Shown: positions 10,801 through 17,710 of the stretch, in pieces
Position numbering within the stretch: position 1 is the stretch's first letter
Layout of the letters: every line of letters begins with the position of its first letter
IMG/VR virus record: IMGVR_UViG_3300035703_000041
Span: 31,225 to 95,224 of that record
Origin: a virus
Strand: one strand, 5' to 3'
Length of the DNA: 64,000 nt
Made by a program: the position numbers and the translations under genes
Notes under the pieces: generated by a model
What the model saw: only the letters and a program-made list of their open reading frames with translations
Databases searched by the model: none
What the model was told of the DNA's origin: nothing

Positions 10801-11286
10801 GAGAAAGACGAAGAAGGGGAAGTAAAATATATCTCTGTTGAGTTCTCTGCTCTTAAATATGTAGATGGTCGATTCTTAACTACACAAGCTAAAACCGGAA
10901 CAGGTGACGCATTTAGAATATTTGCAACAGTTGGTGCAGTACTAAAACGCTATTTGGATGAAAATCCAGAAATTACTAGATTTGAATTCTCTGGTGATAA
11001 GGATGAACCAAGTCGAATAAAGCTATATGACACTATGGCTAAAATGTTGCCTAAGTTTATTCCACAATTCAAACTAATTGAAATTGAAAAAGGATTTATG
11101 TTTAATCATTATCAATTTTCAAAAGTAAGTAATGAATCAAAAAATCCAAGTTCATTGAAAGAATATATTGAAGTATCTTACAAACCTTTTATTCGAGAAA
11201 AGAAAGAAGAACCAAAAAAAGAGTTAACAGACATGCAAAAAGCGTGTATACTAGGCGGACAAGAATATACAGGTGAGATAAACTAA
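4879..11286 (+). CDS. 2135-aa multidomain polyprotein: Pol-beta-type nucleotidyltransferase, ligase-like domain, HIGH nucleotidyltransferase, second nucleotidyltransferase, amidoligase, duplicated C-terminal domain
   Basis: SGS...GDID...QIDM; KVDG...QAE...EGLVI...AK; GHIGH...VGTDR; SGSNA...SDIDLH; GFEFE...LELVSPP...GFHMGVS...IEFRS; two VTELANKPY repeats; domains separated by [LIV]xE linkers. Confidence 0.8.
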   Translation: MINKTILNEGGNVEIDGIAAQRLDLNKVSRSAVVAEIDKALQIINSTFNKAYGVPLWSPELIKNKEFLSGSAFHFFNVKIPDDQFTKVKSSVGDIDTMVDKDLAQKASDFLTKAKGKQFGPAKLVGFKPNPGMDTLISLWQFNNPPVNVQIDMELVDYDKGSPTEWSKFSHSSAWEDLSVGVKGVFHKYLLRSLTHKDAKDRYIQMKTKLKKVTAADLAFAVSGGVRNKFEPVIDPKTKKTAVAPDGLPIYKEVPASESKYVTDIKGMFTLLIGRKPVKGEEKLLGSFVGVLSLINKYFSNEDKDKITSAFMALIFGPAAQQLYKGDPATDKREKEIALNKMLEILKVNVDKASLAKTVADYYSKYKAESITEADAPDYKRQGIKHIYNPGSTVEMKDVDFLAFIDAIAKNGGTLDNIPITLKVDGAGIRFGRDQSDKPFFMTSRVTNPIYADNVGMFEKYARDNNGNEEQIARAEKYDQALSLIVNSDFIKVLPKDTIVQAEMMYNPMAEKTSAGLKFVNIPYDPKLLGKQMTLVPIVASTYSTGEALPNTILQKVISKSTPQIKILGTELQHSDIDVKNIVEPIAKMDDTLRAALASRKKNDPAKAKAKEILTTARKAISDAIINSPNIKGKDKLGKTIEGLVIAMPNGQLAKVTSSEMKGAMAAKAIKKAPTTGSNRTKAAIVTAGSFVGHIGHQKVVDTVINFAKKVGGDPYIYISSKVGPDDPIPPEVKLATWKKMYPEYAKSFQLIVSPDGVTVPSPVKKIEKELVLPANSPYKKIVLMVGTDRYEGFKKWMDTLEKRMKDPVALAKYGGTQDQVDYETIAIPRGAALGGIDASFTQLRNTLKDPNLSLKEKLAVWSKGFGGKLDEDWIKKLMMLSAQGMGIKLGEAKSPWDKMVRAVPKLKGHEDRVNDILKAIKQANAEYQAILDKEKNPLKEDDDLNVRFHDTLNPALFRNNKMSPIVREKLLKIAEDFKDSLGVKLPNLKDITVSGSNAAFTYTPKSDIDLHLVVDLPEADGDATYRELFDAKKFQYNEQHDYKIKEYDVELYVQNANDEHVSQGIYSVMNDAWIKEPQPVSGEYDEDSTRAKYDQIKYLIQKALTVRDYALADKLRRTIKKYRQVGLHSTGEFGPENLAFKALRANGYIKKLYELLNDIKDKEFSLESNDQRLLEIDMSPGALKKFSTTEIAKSTSVGFEFEMIVPNMIDDGSESEPDYDYDEYVTDSTVTAMQDDLIRFFRDTETSTAIKRAVEEVSDEINDFILMEFDGELDSVDQQRRLRELYKADTSLEDDEIEKSIEDQDSTYDEVLSSLRDEYMEDWDNLSGFLEYNSLEMMSEWASRFNWEWPHYTEAGSDEVDEQAMREVADEIKNAVSMSVRSSPNYHAFKKNRESGVWYLETDSSINADESSGEGGLELVSPPLPLEQALEKLDAVLNWMQRYGAYTDSSTGFHMGVSIPQMENVDYIKLILFLGDKYVLDQFGRLGNSYTRSALDKMEVQNVPYVMKNMPTVFDALKGGLNKAALKMLESALVPRGDKYTSVNIKGSTTPSGDIKDNYIEFRSAGGDYLEAIEKIKNTLLRYVRVMALAADPNEAKEEYAKKLYKMLYNAQSNKNEDNVVRLFSMFASGNISKAELVMKLKAKQELRLAKKRGPIDYAVLDRNSDPITIVKAINNSEALTKGIEWERSNPVSGGVRGVRLATLDDIKAVANRNTEGQWQRWNVYGHEGQIFTSVSARNRQEASQLALRWGRENDSVISHVTPESEDEFAALHRTESKEVVTELANKPYPFKTQGNKKHFQARFVTDNKLVYNVMILVPLEDFEPNKAEIEFFSENEDVLRGHKITGTGDSFKVFATVLEIIKAYLTKHKTINEFEFGANKSEPSRVKLYDTMAKMLPKYINNFKFFNKYPNNYNGFAYHFVKVKKPTTVKENEFVTELANKPYEYDLESDSRVLRATFKTDAGQPYRIYIVKEKDEEGEVKYISVEFSALKYVDGRFLTTQAKTGTGDAFRIFATVGAVLKRYLDENPEITRFEFSGDKDEPSRIKLYDTMAKMLPKFIPQFKLIEIEKGFMFNHYQFSKVSNESKNPSSLKEYIEVSYKPFIREKKEEPKKELTDMQKACILGGQEYTGEIN
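10220..11130 (+). repeat. tandem duplication of a ~150-aa domain inside the giant ORF
   Basis: TTGTAACTGAACTTGCTAAyAArCCATA at 10220 and 10685; both copies contain TGTGD(S/A)F.(V/I)FATV and EPSR.KLYDTMAKMLPK. Confidence 0.9.
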
Positions 11287-11287
11287 A

Positions 11288-11434
11288 ATGCCAGAGAAAA
11301 AGTTTAATGATGACACTGCTAAAACTATTTGGAACAAACTAAAAGGTAAGGATGTTCCACAAGACTACAGTGATAAAGACAAGGAAGATATTGTTAAACG
11401 ATACTGGCATAAAGCAATGGAAAGCGAACAGTAG
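11288..11434 (+). CDS. small hypothetical protein (48 aa, not in ORF track)
   Basis: MPEKKFNDDTAKTIWNKLKG...AMESEQ*; its TAG stop overlaps the GTG start of the next gene. Confidence 0.6.
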   Translation: MPEKKFNDDTAKTIWNKLKGKDVPQDYSDKDKEDIVKRYWHKAMESEQ

Positions 11435-11964
11435 TGTTATTAACAGATTACTATAAATCTGTTTTAGAAAAAGAACACGCCAACGGAGAATGGGGTATTG
11501 CTTCTGTTCATTATGCACCACGTGTTGCAAATATGATGAAGCGTTATAATCTAAATGAAGTTTTAGATTACGGTTCAGGTGCAGGCAATTTAGAAAAAAC
11601 ACTAAAAACTATATTACCTGATGTAATTGTTTATAATTATGAGCCAGGTATACCTAAATGGAATATTATTCCAGCACCATGTAAAATGGTTGCTTGTATT
11701 GATGTTATTGAACATATTGAACCTGAGTGTATAGATTCTGTATTAGATGATTTAGAAAGAATTATTGAGGGTTACGCATTTATATCAATTTCTACTACAT
11801 TAGCAAATAGAGTATTAAACAATGGATGGAATGCTCACATTTGCCTAAAAGATCCACAAGAATGGAAAGAAATTTTTGAGAGAAGATTTCAAATAATTTG
11901 CCCTGGAATGTATGACGGCGGTGTAGAAATTGAAATATGCAGGAGAGACAATGAAAATATATGA
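11434..11964 (+). CDS. class I SAM-dependent methyltransferase
   Basis: VLDYGSGAG motif I; CIDVIEHIE. Confidence 0.8.
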   Translation: MLLTDYYKSVLEKEHANGEWGIASVHYAPRVANMMKRYNLNEVLDYGSGAGNLEKTLKTILPDVIVYNYEPGIPKWNIIPAPCKMVACIDVIEHIEPECIDSVLDDLERIIEGYAFISISTTLANRVLNNGWNAHICLKDPQEWKEIFERRFQIICPGMYDGGVEIEICRRDNENI

Positions 11965-12469
11965 GTTAGCAGGTAAACCAACAGTTTTCGTAGATATGGA
12001 TGGCGTGCTTGCTGACCTGTTTAACCACGTTGGTGACATTCACGATGTTGAACATTACAATCAAATGACTGATCAACAGTGGCAAGATTTTTTTCAAAAT
12101 ACTAATGCTTATCACTTGTTTAAGGATTTACCCCCATTCCCAACAGCAAATCGTTTACTACGTATGGTAAAAGGAATGGTTGGTGGATACAAAATTCTTT
12201 CAAGTCCACTTAACTTTGACCGTGAAGGCAGCATAAAAGGCAAGCGTGAGTGGTTAAGTAGGCATATATCTGTAGCCCCAGATGGCGTTATTTTCGAGCA
12301 TGAAAAATACAAATATGCTGTTAGTAACGGTAAACCAAACATATTAATTGATGATTACGGTGTAAACATTAAAAAATGGCGTGCTGCTGGCGGTATTGGA
12401 ATTAAGTACCAAGCAGATGAAAACAGTTTAGAAGAATTAGCGGAACAGTTAGCGGCTGCTTTGAAATAA
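11951..12469 (+). CDS. HAD-family 5'(3')-deoxyribonucleotidase-like protein
   Basis: FVDMDGVLAD, ILSSP, LIDD motifs; start moved to MKIYEL at 11951 (AGGAG SD). Confidence 0.85.
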   Translation: MKIYELAGKPTVFVDMDGVLADLFNHVGDIHDVEHYNQMTDQQWQDFFQNTNAYHLFKDLPPFPTANRLLRMVKGMVGGYKILSSPLNFDREGSIKGKREWLSRHISVAPDGVIFEHEKYKYAVSNGKPNILIDDYGVNIKKWRAAGGIGIKYQADENSLEELAEQLAAALK

Positions 12470-12491
12470 ATATTACATAGGAACTTATGTA

Positions 12492-14177
12492 ATGAAAATT
12501 AAAGAATTATTAGAGGGTGTTGGACGCATTACACCATATAATCAAACAGTTGATGTAGGGCCAAACGAAATCAAAAAACAAGCAGCTAAGTTTGGATTTA
12601 AAGTAGACAAGGACGGTTATCCTCCTGTTATAGGCAACGGACGCTACGCTAAAAATTCCACCCCTAACAAACTAATGAATCTTGGACTTACTGAATCAAA
12701 AATTATTGAGGCTAGAGGTGTAACTGCTCGCGTTGCTGGTGAGCGATACATAAATGATAAAGATCCAAATGATTACAGAGTTATCCAATCCATTAAAGTT
12801 ATAAATCCACCAAAAACTCCAGCATACAAAACCGCTGAAGAACTTAAAGCTGCTATCAAGGAATATCTTCCTAGAAATGCTAAAACAGTCGATGACAACA
12901 AACATGGCAGTGATTTAAGAGCTGCAATCATAGCAAAAGTTGCTACACCATCAAATGATGTTGAGTATTGGATAAGGTATATTAAAGCAGTACCTCCAAC
13001 GGGTGTACATCAAATGTGGCAAACACTACGCGGATACAGTTATGATAATCCAAGATCAGCTAGTGAAAAGATTAAACTTAAACCATCTGATTTAATTAAA
13101 GATGAAAGTCCTAAAAATCTAAAACAACTAGCAACAGAAATTATGTCTTCTATCGAAGCAATGGGTGATGAAGAGTTGACAAACGCAATGCGTCAAGCAG
13201 TTAATCATGCCGTACAAGGTAAAGACATTGTAATTAAAGATGGTGTTAAATTTGCTACAGCTATATCTAAATATGCAGGAGAATATTTAGGTGCAATGTC
13301 GCTGATGACCGGTAAGATCATGAAAGGTGATCTTAAAAAAGCTATGGAAGCATTAGACATTAATACATTAAAAGGCAGTAAAATTACTTTCCCACAAGCA
13401 AGATTGCAAGAACTATATGACAGCACTTTAACAACATCAGATGGCAAAATATTACAAATAAGCACCAAGATGCATAAAACCGGTTCTGGATCAAGTTTAA
13501 GCGGTGTAGTAAAGCAACTTAATGATGATATTGAATCACAGTATCCAAAAGGTGCTGCTGTTTTACGTATGCTTGGTGGTGAATCAAGTGGTGCAGCTGG
13601 TGTGTTAAAAGCTGCTCAAGAGTACAAATTAATTAATGCCTCAGATGTAAAAGAAGTAATGAGTATGGATCCTGGTTCTAAAGATCCAACAATTATTAAA
13701 AGTCCAAGATTGCAAAGATTATTTTCAGAACAAAAAGTTAGTGCTGGAGCACCAAAAAGATTTGGTTACACAATACGCAGACATTTAATGGCTGCTATTG
13801 CAAACAGGACAGTTAAAACAATTAATGAAGATAATGAAGTATTAACTGCACTTATGCTCGCTTTAAACAACAACAATTATTTGCAAGTTGTTACTGAAAC
13901 ATCTATAACTGGCAACGATGTTACTATGACTTTTTATACAAAATATCCAACAGAATTTAGTGGCAAACCTAAATTACAAAATGCTGCTTTTTGGAGCACT
14001 GGTGAACAAGGTAGAATAGCATTCTCATTACCTACAACTAATGTTGATGTTGAAGTTGAAGAACCAGAAGTAGAAGTTCCAGTAAAAAGAAAACCAGTAC
14101 CAATTACAGCAAGAAATCCTAAATTAGATAAATCAAAGTCAGCCCCGAAAGGAGTTGGTCGCGGTAAGAGGGATTAA
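12492..14177 (+). CDS. two-part protein with MKIKELLE leader; C-terminal part possibly PD-(D/E)xK nuclease-like
   Basis: TAAATA at 12467; linker LTESKIIE|ARG; LYDS...LQISTK resembles the D...(E/Q)xK nuclease pattern. Confidence 0.55.
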   Translation: MKIKELLEGVGRITPYNQTVDVGPNEIKKQAAKFGFKVDKDGYPPVIGNGRYAKNSTPNKLMNLGLTESKIIEARGVTARVAGERYINDKDPNDYRVIQSIKVINPPKTPAYKTAEELKAAIKEYLPRNAKTVDDNKHGSDLRAAIIAKVATPSNDVEYWIRYIKAVPPTGVHQMWQTLRGYSYDNPRSASEKIKLKPSDLIKDESPKNLKQLATEIMSSIEAMGDEELTNAMRQAVNHAVQGKDIVIKDGVKFATAISKYAGEYLGAMSLMTGKIMKGDLKKAMEALDINTLKGSKITFPQARLQELYDSTLTTSDGKILQISTKMHKTGSGSSLSGVVKQLNDDIESQYPKGAAVLRMLGGESSGAAGVLKAAQEYKLINASDVKEVMSMDPGSKDPTIIKSPRLQRLFSEQKVSAGAPKRFGYTIRRHLMAAIANRTVKTINEDNEVLTALMLALNNNNYLQVVTETSITGNDVTMTFYTKYPTEFSGKPKLQNAAFWSTGEQGRIAFSLPTTNVDVEVEEPEVEVPVKRKPVPITARNPKLDKSKSAPKGVGRGKRD

Positions 14178-14191
14178 AATGGGAGATCAAT

Positions 14192-14434
14192 ATGAAAATA
14201 AAAAATACATTGGAGGATTTTACAATCCCCTTCAAACCAACATCACCCCCTGGAACGATCAAAAGAAAAGCTTTAGAATACTTAGGTAAAAAGCTTGGAG
14301 AAAAACTCTCCAAAAAAGATTTAAAACTTGTGGAATCTAAAGCAGACAAAATAAAGAAATCCACAGTTAAGGCAGATAGGCAAATAAATCATCAATTAGT
14401 AAAACAAGTTGAACTAATTAAAGATATAGAATAA
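14192..14434 (+). CDS. small basic hypothetical protein
   Basis: GGGAG SD; MKIKNTLE leader. Confidence 0.65.
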   Translation: MKIKNTLEDFTIPFKPTSPPGTIKRKALEYLGKKLGEKLSKKDLKLVESKADKIKKSTVKADRQINHQLVKQVELIKDIE

Positions 14435-14748
14435 TGCTAGTTCAAATTAATGTAGATGTATATGCTTATTACAAGCATCAACCCCCAGTTTATAGATTTT
14501 GGGTAAATGATACCCTTTACAACGAAAGAGAATTTTGGGTTGATTGTTTATCAAACTATATAGAAGAAGAAATGTATGTTGAACTAGAACCTGGCAAACA
14601 TACTTTTTTAATAGAAAAAGTAACTACTGACATACATTCTAAAATATGGGTAGAAAAGTTTGTTGTAAAATACAATGAAACTGTAAATACAGTGTTTTTA
14701 AATATAGATCCACAAGATAAACAAATAATTAATTTTGAAATAGGATAA
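14434..14748 (+). CDS. hypothetical protein
   Basis: TAATG stop-start coupling with the upstream ORF. Confidence 0.65.
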   Translation: MLVQINVDVYAYYKHQPPVYRFWVNDTLYNEREFWVDCLSNYIEEEMYVELEPGKHTFLIEKVTTDIHSKIWVEKFVVKYNETVNTVFLNIDPQDKQIINFEIG

Positions 14749-14776
14749 ATAATATTATTATACGGAGACGCAAGTC

Positions 14777-15163
14777 ATGACTAAGAAGAGAATTAAAGAA
14801 GGCCTCAGCGACGAAGCTATGGCAGTTGACCGCGACCATGAGGTACAAATGGCTCGCGCTCAACTTTATCATTTAGCTAATGATGCTGTACGCTTACATA
14901 AGTTGTTAAAGAACGTAACTGAATCAGAAGGACTAGAAGGTTGGATGCAAAGCAAGATTACACTTGCTGCGGACTACATTAAATCAACTGCTGATTACTT
15001 GGAATACGATAAGATTAAAGCACCTAGACCAGTAACAGTTACTCCAGCACCAATGATGCCAACTGCTGGTATGCCTGAAAGTGTAAGCGCAGGTGGTATG
15101 GGTGCTGGATCGGTTGCTACTGCTCCAATGGCTCTTAAAAAGAAACCATTAGTTAGAAGATAA
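14777..15163 (+). CDS. hypothetical protein, probable head-internal protein
   Basis: TAAATA at 14746, GGAG SD; RIKE|G leader; LEGWMQSKITLAADY helix motif. Confidence 0.7.
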   Translation: MTKKRIKEGLSDEAMAVDRDHEVQMARAQLYHLANDAVRLHKLLKNVTESEGLEGWMQSKITLAADYIKSTADYLEYDKIKAPRPVTVTPAPMMPTAGMPESVSAGGMGAGSVATAPMALKKKPLVRR

Positions 15164-15844
15164 TTTCAATATTTCCCAAGTATGCTCCCAGTTTTCAACA
15201 CGGTGAGCAATATCAACACTAACAGCCAGGGGGTAATCATTTCCCCCTGGCAATGTTTTATCACCAAAGAAAATAACTGGGCCTGTAGGTTTAATAAACT
15301 CTAATACTTGGCGCTTATCTTTACCTGTAGGGTAAATGTCTATTCCAGTATCACCACCAATCATAAAGTCAATGTTTTTGAACTGGCGTTCAAGTCTTAA
15401 TGCTATATCAATCCGCTCACCGTGTTCTTCATCATACTTTTTGTATGTGTCTCGCTGTTGGGAATCAGCGCCGCGACCTAATACACTAAAATTTACTAGT
15501 CCAGTTCGAATTTCTATATGATTCCCTGTACGTATGGGAAACTTACTGTTAGTTAATTCTTCATCTAACGCATCAATTAGTTCGTGTGGTGGTTGCCAGT
15601 TTGAAGCATGTGTTATTAGCTTACCTATTCTTACTTCGTTCCCGCAACAGTTAAAGATCATTTTAGCGTTATCTATTACTTCTTCCCCAACTTGTGCTAA
15701 AGTTTTAGGATAATCACTTCCAGTAACAAGATAAGTATTATGTGTTTTTTGCCACTCAACAAACCAATCTTTAAATTTAGGATCCATTTTAGCCCTGCTT
15801 GGTGTTAGTGTACCATCTACGTCAAAAACATAACTTATATTCAT
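15149..15844 (-). CDS. HAD-IIB hydrolase, eukaryotic-type phosphomannomutase-like
   Basis: FDVDGTLTPSR, LVTGSD, IEIRTGLVNFS, FFGDKTLPGGNDY; start at MNISY assumed. Confidence 0.85.
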   Translation of the reverse strand: MNISYVFDVDGTLTPSRAKMDPKFKDWFVEWQKTHNTYLVTGSDYPKTLAQVGEEVIDNAKMIFNCCGNEVRIGKLITHASNWQPPHELIDALDEELTNSKFPIRTGNHIEIRTGLVNFSVLGRGADSQQRDTYKKYDEEHGERIDIALRLERQFKNIDFMIGGDTGIDIYPTGKDKRQVLEFIKPTGPVIFFGDKTLPGGNDYPLAVSVDIAHRVENWEHTWEILKLSSN

Positions 15845-15905
15845 GTTTAAATTTAACATAAGTTATATGTTAAAATCAAATAAATAAACAATATTGGAGA
15901 CTTGA

Positions 15906-16334
15906 ATGTCACGCGGATTAATGAAAAAGTATATAGATATACTAATGGAAGCTTTAAGCTATTCCAGCTTGCAAGATGCAGGAGATGATTATAGTCCTGG
16001 CAATACTCAAATTTGGTATTGGAGAGAAGATCTTGGACGCGATATGATGATGGGATATGATTTCCTTAAAAAGCAAAACAAGCTTCCGGATCCAGCAAAT
16101 TTATCAGCTACACATGTACTAATTGGTAGCATTGCTGAAACTAATTTAGATAAAATTTATTCAATGATGCAATCAGAAAGTTGGAGCCCACAGGGTGAAG
16201 CTAGAGATTTAATTAATAAAAGCGGGGCTGGTCATACAAGTATGAGTGTTGGTGATATTATTGTAATTAATAATGATGCATCTATGGTTGATAAAGTTGG
16301 GTTCGTAAACCTAGCAACAGGGGAAGAAATATAA
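15906..16334 (+). CDS. YodL-like domain protein with MKKYIDILME leader
   Basis: GHTSMSVGDII motif; TAAATA at 15881. Confidence 0.6.
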   Translation: MSRGLMKKYIDILMEALSYSSLQDAGDDYSPGNTQIWYWREDLGRDMMMGYDFLKKQNKLPDPANLSATHVLIGSIAETNLDKIYSMMQSESWSPQGEARDLINKSGAGHTSMSVGDIIVINNDASMVDKVGFVNLATGEEI

Positions 16335-17710
16335 TGTTACTTGAAAGTTTATTAAAAGAGTTTGATGAAGCAGTAAACAAACCTAAATTTACTGGTTATT
16401 GGAAAGCTCAAGATAAAGCACCTCCAGGCAAGAAAATGGTTGGTGAAGAAGAAAAAACTACAGAAGCATCAACTTTGGATACTGACATTGAATATGAACC
16501 AAGTGTAGATCAAGAGTTTGATAAGAAAGAGCTTGCAGCATTGTTAACTCAAAAATTAACAGGACTAGCACCAAAAGAAGAACGAGCAATTAGATTAAAA
16601 ATATTTTATGATTATACTTATGATCAAATTGGTGAAAAATTTGGGGTATCTGGTGATAGAGCAAGAGACATCTTTATGAAGGGAATTAGAAAATTGAGGC
16701 ACCCTTCTCGCGCGAGAGAAATTAGACCTTTCCTTGAGGATGAAAATCCAACAGATAAAATTACAATGGATATACCACTATTTTTACGTATGATGGAATA
16801 TGCTAAAGAAGATGCAAAAACAGATATGGACTTGCATCAAGTAACTGCTCGCGCAATAGAATTAATGCAACAACATGACTACCTATGTATGGATAATTAT
16901 GATACTATCATAAACAATAGCGAACCTATAGATGAAGGTTGGTTAGATAAAGTTTACTCTGCTGGTCGTAACTTTGCTGATACTGCCACTCTAGGTGGTT
17001 ACAAGTATGCACGAGCTGGTGCTGATTACGCTGCTAAGAACATTGGCAATAAATTAGGGTTCGATGTGAAACCTACCACATATCAAAAAGAACTTGATCA
17101 GGAAGTTGAAAAACTTAACAAAGATTGGGAAAAGGAACCAGGTGCAAGTCTAGCTGGCATGGGTGGAGCAATGGCTTTACCTCTAGCCGGTCAATACGGC
17201 GCTGCTGTTAAAGGCGCACAGGGGTTAGGTGGTCAAGCATTAGATGCTTACGGTAAGTTTGTTAAAACATATCCATTGGCTAAAAAAGCTTTAGGTTTAG
17301 AAAACAAAGATGAAGATATAGATGAAGAGAAAAAAGGTCTTTACTATTATGTAAACAAGCGTAAAAAGGCTGGCACAAGCAGACCAGCTAGTCATCCAAA
17401 AGCACCAAGCGAACAAGATTGGAAGAACGCTGCTAAGACTGCAAAGAAAGAAAGTGTGGGCGAAGCGGGTCAATTTTCATATGGAGCTAAAACTCCACGC
17501 AAAGGCACAGTTGCTTACAACGCAGCACAAAAGCGTAAAGAAGATGAAAAAAGACAAAAACCAATTGAGCCAAAAGATCAAATGGTCGGTGTTGCTAAGG
17601 TAACAAAAGAAGGCAAGGAAAAAGGCGCTGATGGCAAAGCTTGCTGGCCAGGTTATCGTTATGCTGGCACAGAGAACGGCAAAGACAAGTGTGTGAAAGT
17701 TAAGAAGTAA
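16334..17710 (+). CDS. mosaic polyprotein containing a sigma70 region-4 HTH module and several short basic modules
   Basis: LAPKEERAIRL...TYDQIGEKFGVSGDRARDI..KGIRKLRHPSR; modules bounded by LKE, VGE, FLE, IDE. Confidence 0.75.
   Translation: MLLESLLKEFDEAVNKPKFTGYWKAQDKAPPGKKMVGEEEKTTEASTLDTDIEYEPSVDQEFDKKELAALLTQKLTGLAPKEERAIRLKIFYDYTYDQIGEKFGVSGDRARDIFMKGIRKLRHPSRAREIRPFLEDENPTDKITMDIPLFLRMMEYAKEDAKTDMDLHQVTARAIELMQQHDYLCMDNYDTIINNSEPIDEGWLDKVYSAGRNFADTATLGGYKYARAGADYAAKNIGNKLGFDVKPTTYQKELDQEVEKLNKDWEKEPGASLAGMGGAMALPLAGQYGAAVKGAQGLGGQALDAYGKFVKTYPLAKKALGLENKDEDIDEEKKGLYYYVNKRKKAGTSRPASHPKAPSEQDWKNAAKTAKKESVGEAGQFSYGAKTPRKGTVAYNAAQKRKEDEKRQKPIEPKDQMVGVAKVTKEGKEKGADGKACWPGYRYAGTENGKDKCVKVKK

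Noticed and set aside
10220-11130. Diversity-generating retroelement template/variable repeat pair
   Set aside because: The copies differ at all base types, both are in-frame coding, and no reverse transcriptase is present in the window
16334-17710. A complete phage sigma factor
   Set aside because: Only region 4 is present; no region 2 motifs, and the flanking modules are unrelated
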